A stretch of DNA of 63,418 nt, filler included, from a bacterium (GTDB lineage Bacteria; JALSQH01): the NCBI GenBank assembly GCA_026985515.1. It is 8 parts of 8 records of this genome, joined end to end, with 100 filler letters (N's around TTAATTAATTAA, not from the genome) between each part and the next. Parts side by side here need not be neighbours in the genome. Positions count along the whole stretch, not along the records: positions 1 to 15,306 come from JALSQH010000082.1; positions 15,407 to 30,695 come from JALSQH010000084.1; 6 more parts are not named here. The stretch is one strand, 5' to 3'. The notes beneath the pieces are model-generated. The model searched no databases. It saw only the letters and a program-made list of their open reading frames with translations, and had not been told where the DNA came from. Each line of letters opens with the position of its first letter. Position 1 is the first letter of the stretch. Shown in pieces: positions 9,930 to 20,312 of this stretch. The position numbers and the translations under genes were made by a program.

Positions 9930-9936
9930 TTTTTAT

Positions 9937-10295
9937 TGGTGGAGGTGGCGGGAATCGAACCCGCGTCCGGGAGTGCTACGCTAAGACCTCTACATGCTTA
10001 GCCTGTGTTTTTATTTTTCCCTGTTGAGTCTCCCACAGGCAGGATCCTCAACAGGTAGCCAGGATAGATACGTGGTTGTTATCCCCTGGCTGGATAACAA
10101 CCACGTCCTGCCGTGAATGACCCCTTCCATATCCCGGCAGGAGAGGATATGGAAGAGGTGGCTGCTCTAATTAGGCAGCCAGAGCATAGTCATAATCAGC
10201 GGCACTTATTCGGCCTCTCGCCTTTTTTACGGGATGGCGAGCAACCCGGCATGCAGTCTTAGCTTCACTACTCCCGTCGAAACCTGCACACCCCC
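9937..10295 (-). ncRNA. ssrA: tmRNA (transfer-messenger RNA)
   Basis: 5' end GGGGGTG.CAGGTTTCGAC pairs with 3' end GGACGCGGGTTCGATTCCCGCCACCTCCACCA. Internal tag frame GCC GCT GAT TAT GAC TAT GCT CTG GCT GCC TAA gives AADYDYALAA. TATAAT upstream at 10304-10309 (minus strand). Confidence 0.97.
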
Positions 10296-10357
10296 ATAAG
10301 TTTATTATAATCATCCAGTGATATTTGACAAATCAAAAAATTGACAAAAGACACCTT

Positions 10358-13300
10358 TTACTCTCTACCTGGTCTTTCCATCATCTCACCCAGTATTCCC
10401 ACCACTTCAGCGAGACCCTTTTTCAGATCTTCAAATGCGTAACTTATATGAGTTTCTGTAAAGGAAAAGTTTTTGTACTTTCTGGACAGGTTAATGAGTT
10501 GCCCCGGAGTTATTTCCGATTGCGGTGATGGATAAATTTTAATCTCACTTTCAGTTACATGAATTTCTCTTATTTTCATCAGGCTGGCTCTATTTTTCAG
10601 CAGATAGAGCCGAGCCAGGAGATTGACCTCCTCTGGAATTTCTCCATATATTTCCTCCATCTCATCTATAATTCTTTTGAGCGAATCTTCATCCGTTGCC
10701 GTGGAAAGTTTATAGTAGTACTCGAGTCTGTCTTCAATGTTATCAATGTAATCGTCAGGGATAAAGGCAGGTATGGATGTTTTGATTTCTGTTTCTTCTT
10801 CAATGCTTAATTCACCCTTCATCTTTTTTATGGTTTTCTGGAGCAGTTTGAGATAAAGATCATATCCGAGTTTGCTCATGAATCCATGCTGTTTTTTCCC
10901 CAGTAGTTCCCCTGCTCCTCTGATTTCAAGATCTTTAAGTGCGATTTTGAAACCGCTCCCAAGTTTTGCAAAACTCTTCAGCACCTCCAGTCTCTTCAAC
11001 GCTTTTTTGGTGAGTCTTGCTCCAGGAGGTATGACGAGGTAAGCATACCCTTTCACACTTGATCTACCTACTCTCCCTCTCAGCTGATAAAGTTCAGCAA
11101 GCCCGAAAAGGTGTGCATTTATAACGATAATGGTATTTGCATTTGGTATGTCCAGCCCTGATTCAATGATTGTGGTTGAAATAAAAATGTCATATTCACC
11201 GTTGTAAAAAGCGAGGATCTTTTTTTCGAGTTCATCAGGATGCATTCTGCCATGAGCATATGTTATCCGGGCGTCGGGAACAAGTTCCCTGACTTCTTCA
11301 TAAATTTTCTCCAGTCCTTCAATTCTGTTGAAAAGAATAAAAACCTGGCCTTTCCTGTCCAGCTCTTTTCTGATAATACTTCTGATCAGATTCTGATCCC
11401 AGCTGATTATTTTTGTCTCAACTTCCTGTCTCTCCCTTGGTGGAGTTGTTATTACGCTTATTGCCTTTAAACCTGAAAGTGAGGTGTGGAGTGTCCGGGG
11501 AATGGGCGTAGCAGTGAGGGTCAGAGTATCAACAGTAGCTTTTAATTTTCTCAATTTCTCCTTCTGTTTTACACCAAATCTCTGTTCTTCATCAATTATG
11601 ATCAGTCCAAGATCCCTGAAGTTAATGTCGCGGGAAAGTAACCTGTGAGTGCCAACCACTATGTCTACTCTTCCTTTTTTAATGTCTTCAATTATCTGTT
11701 TCTGCTTTTTTTGTGGAACAAGTCTATTGAGCAGTTCAACTCTGATGGGAAGTCCAGATACTCTCTCACTTATAACCCTGTAGTGCTGAAGAGAGAGGAC
11801 CGTGGTTGGAGCAAGCATTACCACCTGTTTGCCATCTTCCACTGCCTTCACAGCTGCTCTTATTGCAACTTCTGTCTTCCCGAAGCCTGCGTCCCCGCAG
11901 ATAAGTCTGTCCATGGGGCGTGGAGATTGCATATCTTCAAGTGTTTCTTCAATTGCCTTTTTCTGATCAGGAGTTTCTTCAAAAGGGAAACTTTCCTCCA
12001 CTGCACGCACAAATTCACCGGGTGGGGAAAATTGAAAACCCTGATGAGCTTCCCTTTCAGAGTAGAGTTTGAGGAGATCAATGGCAAGTTGCTCAACATC
12101 TTTTCTCGCTCTTTCTTTCAGTTTTTTCCACTTTGATGATCCAAGCTCACTCAGTTCTGGTTCTTCTTCCCCGATGTAGGGAGAAACTTTGTCCAGTTTC
12201 AAAATGGGAACGTAGAGTTTACCATCTGCGTACTGGATCTGAATGAATTCACCTTCTTTTTCAAATCTAACGAGGCCCATATATCTGCCTATTCCGTGAT
12301 CTTCGTGAACAACATAATCTCCGGGCCTAATGTCTCTCAGAGTAAGTTCAATTTTCCTCTTTGTTCCCTTAGAGATTCGGTAGGAAATTTTCTTTATTTC
12401 CTGCCATTCCTCTCTTCCAATAAATGTGATTTTTTTCTCCTCCCATTCAATTCCATGGGAAATGTTTTTCCTTAGAAGATAAATTCCCGGGTCAAGAGTT
12501 TCAACTTCATCGAGATCATCTGCCTCTCTGCTTTCGGGAAACCATCTGGAGAGTTGTTCCCTTTCCCATGATGTGAGGTAGAAAAATACTATTCGATATC
12601 CAGCAAGTTTTTTCTGTTCAAGAGCTCTTTTGAAAATGGGAACCTTATCTTCAGTGAGCGGTAAAAATGATTCATATATCGTAGTTATGGGTGATGCTTC
12701 CAGATCCTCTCTTCTCATTTTTTCAAGGTCTGAATGTAATTCTTCAGGTTCCACAAGTAGTTCCTCGAGAGGTACAGGAAAATTTTCAATCTCAATATAT
12801 TTGCTGGCTATTTGTTTGTAGAGGTTTTCAAGGTAACCCCTTTCGATGGTTAAATCGTCACCATGGAAACGGAGACAAAAGTTTTTTTCTAAAACTAAAC
12901 CTGTGAGGGATTTCATTTCATGGATGAGGGGAAGTGTAAATTGTGGAAAGGGGAGAACACCTTTTTCCTGGAACTCTTCTAAGATTTTTTCAGATTTTTT
13001 AATTGAACTCTGGGAATCTACCAGTTTTGCTTTGAGCCGTGAAAATGCATTCTCCGGTATGAATGATTCTCTTATTGGGGTGACTTCAAAATCGTCCAGA
13101 ACCTCAATGGTGGTGTATTTTTCCGGATCAATTTTTTTTATCTCTTCAATCTCTTCTCCAAAATAATCTACCCGGATGAAAAAATTACTCTCAGGAGGCA
13201 TGAAATCAACAATACCTCCTCTGAAGGCTACCTCTCCATGATTCTCAACACGCTCTGCAACTTCATATCCAAGTTCAATGAGACGTCTTATAAGGTAGTC

Positions 13301-13651
13301 TCTTCTCAGTCTCAGATTTTTCTTGAGAAGAAGAGTGTTTGATTGTATCTCTTCTGGAGAGACAACTTTCCAGACAATTTCCGAAACAGGCGTTATGAGA
13401 ATTTTGATTTTCTTTTCCTCAATCAGAGATAGAAGAGTTTTTACCCTGGTTATTGAGATGGAAGGATGGGGCAATGATTCATCAAAAAAAGGGATTCCCT
13501 TTTCGGGGAAAAGGAGAGGAGTAATTGTGGAATCTTCGGTTAACTCCACTAACTCACGGAAAATTTCTTCTGCTTCCCTCTGAGAGTATGTAATCACAAG
13601 CAGATTGCAGCCATTTTCTCTTGCAAGAAGATAATAGTTGAGGGGAAACAT
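10358..13651 (-). CDS. mfd: Transcription-repair coupling factor
   Basis: UvrB-like N-terminus (RGGIVDF), CarD-like GDYVVHEDHGIGRY, PMDRLICGDAGFGKTEVA, DEEQRFGV, QLRGRVGRS, DLEIRGAGELLG. Confidence 0.97.
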   Translation of the reverse strand: MFPLNYYLLARENGCNLLVITYSQREAEEIFRELVELTEDSTITPLLFPEKGIPFFDESLPHPSISITRVKTLLSLIEEKKIKILITPVSEIVWKVVSPEEIQSNTLLLKKNLRLRRDYLIRRLIELGYEVAERVENHGEVAFRGGIVDFMPPESNFFIRVDYFGEEIEEIKKIDPEKYTTIEVLDDFEVTPIRESFIPENAFSRLKAKLVDSQSSIKKSEKILEEFQEKGVLPFPQFTLPLIHEMKSLTGLVLEKNFCLRFHGDDLTIERGYLENLYKQIASKYIEIENFPVPLEELLVEPEELHSDLEKMRREDLEASPITTIYESFLPLTEDKVPIFKRALEQKKLAGYRIVFFYLTSWEREQLSRWFPESREADDLDEVETLDPGIYLLRKNISHGIEWEEKKITFIGREEWQEIKKISYRISKGTKRKIELTLRDIRPGDYVVHEDHGIGRYMGLVRFEKEGEFIQIQYADGKLYVPILKLDKVSPYIGEEEPELSELGSSKWKKLKERARKDVEQLAIDLLKLYSEREAHQGFQFSPPGEFVRAVEESFPFEETPDQKKAIEETLEDMQSPRPMDRLICGDAGFGKTEVAIRAAVKAVEDGKQVVMLAPTTVLSLQHYRVISERVSGLPIRVELLNRLVPQKKQKQIIEDIKKGRVDIVVGTHRLLSRDINFRDLGLIIIDEEQRFGVKQKEKLRKLKATVDTLTLTATPIPRTLHTSLSGLKAISVITTPPRERQEVETKIISWDQNLIRSIIRKELDRKGQVFILFNRIEGLEKIYEEVRELVPDARITYAHGRMHPDELEKKILAFYNGEYDIFISTTIIESGLDIPNANTIIVINAHLFGLAELYQLRGRVGRSSVKGYAYLVIPPGARLTKKALKRLEVLKSFAKLGSGFKIALKDLEIRGAGELLGKKQHGFMSKLGYDLYLKLLQKTIKKMKGELSIEEETEIKTSIPAFIPDDYIDNIEDRLEYYYKLSTATDEDSLKRIIDEMEEIYGEIPEEVNLLARLYLLKNRASLMKIREIHVTESEIKIYPSPQSEITPGQLINLSRKYKNFSFTETHISYAFEDLKKGLAEVVGILGEMMERPGRE

Positions 13652-13662
13652 TTTAAATCTTA

Positions 13663-14565
13663 TCAGGAAATTTGAGCCATTTTTTCCACAGCATTGAGGG
13701 CTCTGAGCCTGATATCCTCGGGAATTTTTATTTCAAATTTTTCCTCTTTCAGGGACAGATATATATCCCGGAGAGTGATCTTTTTCATATTTGGGCACAC
13801 TAACTTCTCAGAAGCGGGGATAAATTCTTTGTCCGGATTTTCCTTCTTCAACCTGTGAATCACCCCTTCCTCTGTGCCGATTATGAATACCCTGGCGTCA
13901 GTTTCCCTTGCATAGGGGTACAAACCTGAAGTGCTGCATACATGATCAGCAAGTTCCAGTACTTCCGGTTCGCACTCAGGATGAGCGACAAATTTTGCAT
14001 CAGGGTATTGCCTTTTAAGGGATATAACATCCTCTTTTTTTAACCTCCTGTGTACGGGACAGTATCCATCCCACCACTTTATCTCTTTACTACTGTGTTT
14101 TTTCACCCATTGTGCAAGGTTTCTGTCAGGAGTAAAGTAAATCTTCTCCTGCGGTAGCGAATTCACCACATTTACTGCATTGGCTGATGTACAGCAGATA
14201 TCACTCTCAGCCTTTATCTCTGCAGTTGAATTGACGTATGTTACAATGGCGTGGTCAGGATATTCTCTTCTTATTTTTCTTATGTCTTCCACAGTGATCA
14301 TTTCTGCAAGGGGACATGAAGCGTCAATCCGGGGTATTAGAATTTTTTTATCTGGTGAGAGAATAGCGGCTGTTTCCCCCATAAAGTAAACTCCAGCCAC
14401 TACCACAATTTTGTTTGGTAACTCCCTCACAATTCTTGCAAGTTGCAGTGAATCACCGGTATAGTCTGCAATATCCTGTACCTCTCCCCTCTGATAGTTG
14501 TGAGCCACAATTACTGCGTCTTTTTCCTTCTTGAGAGACAGGATTTTCTCTACTAAATTCTCCAT
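13663..14565 (-). CDS. nadA: Quinolinate synthase
   Basis: AHNYQ, GDSLQL, SCPLA, YVNS, CTSANA, CPVH, AHPEC, CPNMK. Confidence 0.96.
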   Translation of the reverse strand: MENLVEKILSLKKEKDAVIVAHNYQRGEVQDIADYTGDSLQLARIVRELPNKIVVVAGVYFMGETAAILSPDKKILIPRIDASCPLAEMITVEDIRKIRREYPDHAIVTYVNSTAEIKAESDICCTSANAVNVVNSLPQEKIYFTPDRNLAQWVKKHSSKEIKWWDGYCPVHRRLKKEDVISLKRQYPDAKFVAHPECEPEVLELADHVCSTSGLYPYARETDARVFIIGTEEGVIHRLKKENPDKEFIPASEKLVCPNMKKITLRDIYLSLKEEKFEIKIPEDIRLRALNAVEKMAQIS

Positions 14566-14567
14566 AT

Positions 14568-15306
14568 TTACCTCACAAAATAGTTGATAAAAAGGCCCAG
14601 TGCCATGAAGAACTGGGTTAAAAGCACGATTGGGACATTGAGTCCCTGAATTTTCACAAACTCAGGTGAATCTACAAGATTTCCTCCATTCCTTAAAATT
14701 TTCAGGTAAAGTGGAAGGGTAACCAGGCTCAAAAGCATATAGGGTGAAAAGACTCCCGCAAGTACCATGACGATTATCCATACATAGCTCAATCCAGTAA
14801 GGAATAGATAGAGATAGAAAGCTTTTCTTTTCCCTATCTGAATGGGAATGGTTTTTCTCCCCCCAAGAATGTCACTTTCCACATCGGGTATTTCATTAAT
14901 CAGGAGGAGTGAAGCTACAAGAAGACCTGAGGGAACAGAATAGAGAAGGGCGTGCAGAGAAAAGTCACCGGTCATAACAACATACACACCATAAACGGGG
15001 AGGAGGCCCAGCCCAAGTCCCGCAGACATTTCTGCCACACCATAACCGATTCTGGCCAGAACAGGGGTGTAGAGGAGTACAAATATTGCCCCTGAAAGAA
15101 TAATGGGAAGAAACTTGAGACCAATTTTGTGCAGAAAGTAGAGACCTTCGGGTACAGCAAGAATAAAAGCCACTATCCCTAACCAGAAGGCTTCCTCTGG
15201 CTTCATCAGTCCGGAGGTGAGAATTCCACTTCCTCCATTAAATGGGGTTCTCCGGGTGTGAAAATCTATTCCAGACCTGTAGTCGAAATAATCATTGAGA
15301 ACATTA
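14568..15306 (-). CDS. menA: MenA/UbiA-family prenyltransferase, 5'-truncated by the spacer
   Basis: The frame continues upstream of the listed ORF as NVLNDYFDYRSGID...TPFNGGSG. Second motif NEIPDVESD..GGRKT. Multiple TM helices. Confidence 0.75.
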
Positions 15307-15406
15307 NNNNNNNNNNNNNNNNNNNNNNNNNNNNNNNNNNNNNNNNNNNNTTAATTAATTAANNNNNNNNNNNNNNNNNNNNNNNNNNNNNNNNNNNNNN
15401 NNNNNN
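15307..15406. other. Artificial contig spacer (N44-TTAATTAATTAA-N44)
   Basis: The same 100-bp linker, with stops in all six frames, occurs seven times, and genes are cut at its edges. Confidence 0.97.
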
Positions 15407-16718
15407 GAACTTCAACCCCTGGAAATTCAGCACCAAATGGTGTGTTTCTCAGGTCATATATTCCAATAGCAGTGGCTCCAACCAGTACAATTTTATTTTT
15501 GAATTCAGAAGGAGGAACTTTACCATCAAGCACGTCAACAAAACTATATGTTTTGAAAGTACCTGGAGGTCCCCGGTAGTTAATAAGCAGTTTTCCAGAT
15601 TCGTTAACAGGTATTCTTCTCTTCCCAATTGCGAGGAGAGAAACCTCTCCTTCATCACCGATCTTCAATACTATGTCGCGATGCAGGTAAACTGCCGCAG
15701 TTATAAGAGATAAAGATGGGTAATAATCATCCCTTCCGTGAAGGGTAACAAGCATCGGATGCCACCTGACCTCACCATCAAGATCAGGGATCATATTGAA
15801 AAAACCCTGATATTTAACTGCCCTGCTCAGTATCGGAATATTTGGATTAACACCATAAGCCACCGGAACCCATGGCACATACCTGGAGTGGGGAAGCAGT
15901 ACAATCTTTATCCTGCTGTTCTCAATTAATTTTTCCCTTTCTTTTAATTCTATTGGAGAGAGGTGAGAAGCTTCCCTTTTAGAAAAGTAGAAGAAATAAC
16001 CAAGCACAGAGGGGGGACCCTCTTTTAATGCTCTTGCCAGGAAATAATCGTTGTTTGCTTTTATTTCAGATTCCAGAATGTACCTGTAGAACCTGGCTGA
16101 ATTTTCAGATACTTCCTCCAGTAATTTTATTTTTGTGTTAACTTCAGCAAGCTCATCAGTCAGTTCTTTCATCTGAGCAACTATCTTTAATGTCGCTTTT
16201 TTAAGATAAAGCCTCCGCATTCTCCTTCCAAGAAGGGAAATTGTATCCTGAATTTCTTTCATCCTTTTCTTCAATTCCTCAAGCTGTTTCTCCACTTTTT
16301 CAGGAGAAAGGGGCCATTGATTCAGCTTCATTTCATTGAAAAGCTTTTTAAACTCCTTTACTTTTACAAGCTCAGAATTCTTATCAGGTTCCGAGAAAAC
16401 AATATCAAAAGCTATAACGGCAGGTTTATACTTTTTCATTAAATTTATAAATTCAGCTATCTTTGATCTGGGCCATGGCCATCTTCCCAGCTCCGGAGAG
16501 GCAAGACTCTTTTCATCAATTGCAACAATCACAACTTCTGGATCAGGTTTTTCCGCTCCTCTCACAATAAATCTTGAATCAAGCAACTTCTCTTCAATTA
16601 CACGAAAGAGATAAAGAGATGGAAATTTGAGGGAAAAGAGATAAAGGATTATCACAAAAAATGTGGCAATTACACTTATCCTGAAAGGGGTAAGTTTAAA
16701 AAACTTTTTCTTATTCAC
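15407..16718 (-). CDS. CHASE2 sensor-domain protein (likely adenylate/guanylate cyclase-type), 3'-truncated
   Basis: N-terminal TM helix, IVAIDEKSL, GRWPWPRS, AFDIVFSEPD, DLDGEVR, LINYRGP, KNKIVLVGATA.GIYDLR.TPF...FPGVE. The output domain is lost at the spacer. Confidence 0.88.
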
Positions 16719-19700
16719 TACTGATTCACCACGAAATCAACTTTTTTCCAGAAACCTTCTATGCCAGTTTCCACAGGTTGAGCAAGTGAGTAATCAACCA
16801 CACCGTCAGGATAGTAATAAATATTTCCCGAATGAACAGCAAAGAGTAAATAACTCCCCGGTATGAGATTAAAGAATGTCAGGTAACCACTGGTTGTGGT
16901 TACACTCTGCGAATAAGTAAAACCAGTGAGAAGATTTTTCATTGAAACAGTAACCCTGTCACCCTCCCAATCCCGTGGAAATGAGTAACCAACAGTTACA
17001 TAACTTTTTATGTAAAAACTTCTGCTTCCAAAGTCAGTATCATCTGACAATTCTATCAGAGCAGAATTAAACTCTTCCGGATTAAAAAGAGATTCAATAG
17101 ATGTTCCCCATCTCATCCTCCATTCACCGGCTGGCAAAGAGTATGAGAAAAATCCCCGGGAGTCAGTTTCAAAAATAAGGTCCACCGACTCTTCTGGATC
17201 CTCCATAAGAAAATAGTATGCAACTTCGCCAAAGGCAGGGTTATATATTCTACCAGAGATGTTGTAACCTGAAGATGAAGAAACAGCAGGGAATGGCAGT
17301 ATCACTTCTTCTGTTACCTCTACATCGTAAAGACTGAACTCTCCACCATCACCGAAAAACACTTTCCAGTATCTCCCCTGAAACAGATTCTTCTCCGTGT
17401 ACTCTCTATAAATAAATTTCCCTTCCACACTTTTAACCACCGCTATCTTGCCTGCAAAATCCCTGAAACTTATCCCTGGAAATGTATATTGCCCCACTTT
17501 CATTTCTCCGAGATTTATAATCCCTCTTCCTGCCGGGATTGTAATGGACTCCGGAGAAAGGGTAACCTCAACATTGTAATCGTAAGGATATACCTGTAAA
17601 GACCAGCGTACAGGAAGCGGAGACTGTGGTTTAAAAGAGGTCAGATTAAGCGAAAAGAAACCTTCATCAATAGATGCAATAGCCGTTTGACCATACGCTC
17701 CGCAACCAGAAATGGCGGTTATAAAACCACTCTTTACAGGTCCACCAGCAACAACCTTTCCTCTGACTGTGACATCGGTTACTCTGGCACCAATGCGAAC
17801 ATTCATACCATCGGTAATGCTCGCTGGTAATGAACTTTTCTCTCCTTCAAGGACATACTTCCCACTAAGAATAAATGGAACAAATCCATTATCTCCATTT
17901 TCAATGGAGAATGCAGCAGTCCCATTGTTATCGGTGGTTGACAATACTCCTTCCATTTCCGTCAAAATCAATATTTTCTTACCTGACACCGGTGAACCAT
18001 CTGCAACATCCGTTACTGTGAGTGTGAAATTAATGGGGTGAGCTTTCTGTCTTTTTACATAGAGAATCTTCTCTCCCCCCCGACTTGAGACCACAAGAGG
18101 GGTTTTATCAAATTCCATGTTTTTGAATACCTCACCTACTGTGGTTACCACCTTCCCGTCTGAGACTCCATCAAGATCTCCCTCACTCTCAATTCCATCC
18201 ACCATGTATCTGAGTACATACCTCTCTCCATTATCAATAATCCCGTTACTGTTGTCATCGATCCAGAAGGAAAACTTCACACCACCTCCACAACCTGTAT
18301 TGTAAACAGCTATGGTTGTGTTATCGCTGTAGGGTGAAAGATCCACTGGATTATTCTCAGAGCCTTCAACCCTCTTACCATCAATAAAAATATCCGGGCT
18401 TCCAGGTTCCTGATCAAAAAGCGTAATATCATAAGAACCTGCAGCAAACACTCCTCCATTATGATATCCGGCTCTTTCACTGCACTGGAGAAACCCATCT
18501 CCATTTTTATCCTCAAAGGCAAAAAGAGCAACCCCTTTTGAGAGAATATCGGAGGGGATCCTAAGAGAATATCCCACATCTCCTCCATTTTCATTGATGA
18601 TAATCCGTGTAACGGGAACCCCATAAAAGACCGATTCAGTAATATTATCTCCAAATTTATAATTTGAGTAAGCTGCAATCACAAGTTTGCCTCCAGATGC
18701 ATTGTGGACAATTCCACCTACTACATCCCCGGTAGTACTGAGGTTATTATCCCACAGAACCGGATATGTTAAAGAATATGAGTATGATGCAAATGATGTA
18801 ACTGGCGAATAAAAATCTCCTGTTAGAATGTAATAACTTCCATATTCATCTCCATAAAAACCGGTAACTACACTCACCGGCGACAGGTAGAATCTATTAT
18901 CCCTGAACAATGCATATTTTCTTCCAGGTATAACTATTCCGCTTCTTATTACAATTAAAGATTTTGCGGCGATATTTCCTGCTTCATCCCTGACCACTAT
19001 ATTAAAAAAGTTTACACCATCCCTAACAGGTAGATACCGATCCAGGCTTGTAACACCTTCAAAATTAACAACCTTTTCCCATGTTTCTGATACATCGTCA
19101 TAGCGGTAAATTCCACCGGTAACTTCCTCTGAAAAATCAATAGAAAAATTCTCCTCATCCGCGAATGTGTAAGTGATATCATTGGGAGAATTAACAAATA
19201 TTTCAGGCAGACGCGAATCAATTTTCAGAGAAAAGCTCTTTTCCTCACTTACATTACCCGCCCTGTCAACTGCTCTCACAAACCATGTGGAAACAGGCTT
19301 TTCAATTCCGTAAGAAACCATAAAAGGATACTCCCACCTGTTGGTTTCCATGACTCTTATCCACAAAATTCCATCGGGAGATATCTCAACACGATCAATT
19401 ACCCCGGGCGGAGAGTCAGAAGCAGTACCAGTAAACCATGTCGGGTTATTCTCAGCATTTACTACAATTGAATTACTATCAGGATTCACCACAGGAGGGG
19501 TATTATCCACAATTATGTGAACAGAAGATGTTCCCAGCATCTCAAGATTCAGCCCATTTCCAGCTTTGCACAGAAAATAATAATCCCCTTCCCTGTCTGG
19601 ATCAAACTGGAAGGACCAGTTAGTGGTACCGGCTGCCTTATACCATGTGGCACCCCCATCAGGGGAAATCTTTACGACCCTAACGACCGTATTCTTTGCC

Positions 19701-20155
19701 CAGGCTCTGCCCCTCACAACATAGGGAAGATGAGAAGAGTTGATATACAGGTCTGATGCAGGATCGGTAAACTCACAATTCAACACAGCTTCTGCAGGTG
19801 GTTTTGCTATTATATATTCCTGTTTCTTCAGTGTTTCGACATTCCCTGCGAGATCCACTGAGAAGTACCTCAGTGAGGTTGAATGGTCAATATAAATTTT
19901 GACAGAATTCTTTGCTACCTTTGTATTGGGATCCCCTATTGAGGGAATAACATCATCAATTCCATAATAAATAGTGGCAGGTTCACTGGTGGTAAGAGTC
20001 ACCGTGATGGGGTAATAGTATGTTCCTCCCGGTGGATAGGCAGTTGTTACAGGAGGAGTTGTATCCCTCTTCGCTTTCCGCTCCTCTTTTTTATGGCATG
20101 AAGAAAACAGAGAAAGAATGATAAGGAAAACAAAAAACTTTTTTATTCCTTCCAC
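16718..20155 (-). CDS. Large surface lipoprotein with CHB_HEX_C/Fn3-associated and Ig-like repeat domains
   Basis: Lipobox FSSC. DTTPPVTTAYPPGGTY...LRYFSVDLAGNVE, repeated DNTPP / D.AGN motifs, Dx[DN]xDG-type Ca-binding loops. GTG start after GGGAGG. Confidence 0.8.
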   Translation of the reverse strand: MEGIKKFFVFLIILSLFSSCHKKEERKAKRDTTPPVTTAYPPGGTYYYPITVTLTTSEPATIYYGIDDVIPSIGDPNTKVAKNSVKIYIDHSTSLRYFSVDLAGNVETLKKQEYIIAKPPAEAVLNCEFTDPASDLYINSSHLPYVVRGRAWAKNTVVRVVKISPDGGATWYKAAGTTNWSFQFDPDREGDYYFLCKAGNGLNLEMLGTSSVHIIVDNTPPVVNPDSNSIVVNAENNPTWFTGTASDSPPGVIDRVEISPDGILWIRVMETNRWEYPFMVSYGIEKPVSTWFVRAVDRAGNVSEEKSFSLKIDSRLPEIFVNSPNDITYTFADEENFSIDFSEEVTGGIYRYDDVSETWEKVVNFEGVTSLDRYLPVRDGVNFFNIVVRDEAGNIAAKSLIVIRSGIVIPGRKYALFRDNRFYLSPVSVVTGFYGDEYGSYYILTGDFYSPVTSFASYSYSLTYPVLWDNNLSTTGDVVGGIVHNASGGKLVIAAYSNYKFGDNITESVFYGVPVTRIIINENGGDVGYSLRIPSDILSKGVALFAFEDKNGDGFLQCSERAGYHNGGVFAAGSYDITLFDQEPGSPDIFIDGKRVEGSENNPVDLSPYSDNTTIAVYNTGCGGGVKFSFWIDDNSNGIIDNGERYVLRYMVDGIESEGDLDGVSDGKVVTTVGEVFKNMEFDKTPLVVSSRGGEKILYVKRQKAHPINFTLTVTDVADGSPVSGKKILILTEMEGVLSTTDNNGTAAFSIENGDNGFVPFILSGKYVLEGEKSSLPASITDGMNVRIGARVTDVTVRGKVVAGGPVKSGFITAISGCGAYGQTAIASIDEGFFSLNLTSFKPQSPLPVRWSLQVYPYDYNVEVTLSPESITIPAGRGIINLGEMKVGQYTFPGISFRDFAGKIAVVKSVEGKFIYREYTEKNLFQGRYWKVFFGDGGEFSLYDVEVTEEVILPFPAVSSSSGYNISGRIYNPAFGEVAYYFLMEDPEESVDLIFETDSRGFFSYSLPAGEWRMRWGTSIESLFNPEEFNSALIELSDDTDFGSRSFYIKSYVTVGYSFPRDWEGDRVTVSMKNLLTGFTYSQSVTTTSGYLTFFNLIPGSYLLFAVHSGNIYYYPDGVVDYSLAQPVETGIEGFWKKVDFVVNQ

Positions 20156-20219
20156 ATGCACCTCCCTTTTTTCAAGTAAATAATAGTATAATGTAGATTT
20201 GAAGTCAACAAATTTAATC

Positions 20220-20270
20220 TTGACAATCAGGGGTGTTTATATATACTAAAACTGAATGATTATTCATTCA
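20220..20270 (+). promoter_or_regulatory. Sigma70 promoter plus FadR(YsiA)-like TetR operator
   Basis: TTGACA (20220-20225), 16-bp spacer, TATACT (20242-20247). Palindrome TGAATGA-TTAT-TCATTCA at 20253-20270. Confidence 0.75.
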
Positions 20271-20312
20271 TTTTTTGCGGAAAATTAAACTAACCATTAT
20301 AAGGAGGTTAAA

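Noticed and set aside
8446-9936. Prophage or integrative island at ssrA
   Set aside because: No integrase, no duplicated ssrA 3' end and no phage genes were seen; kept only as a possible remnant.
9937-9968. tRNA-like 3' end (T-arm plus CCA)
   Set aside because: It is the tRNA-like domain of tmRNA. The matching 5' end and tag frame lie upstream and there is no anticodon arm.
10325-10348. Direct repeat TTGACAAA-N8-TTGACAAA upstream of ssrA
   Set aside because: It is not palindromic, overlaps the ssrA -35 region in AT-rich DNA, and does not match the 16-bp operator.
15351-15362. Recurrent TTAATTAATTAA as a biological repeat or CRISPR-like element
   Set aside because: It is always centred in N-runs of fixed length and gives stops in all six frames, so it is an artificial linker. 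ORF ends reading XXXXLIN or XXXXN come from it.
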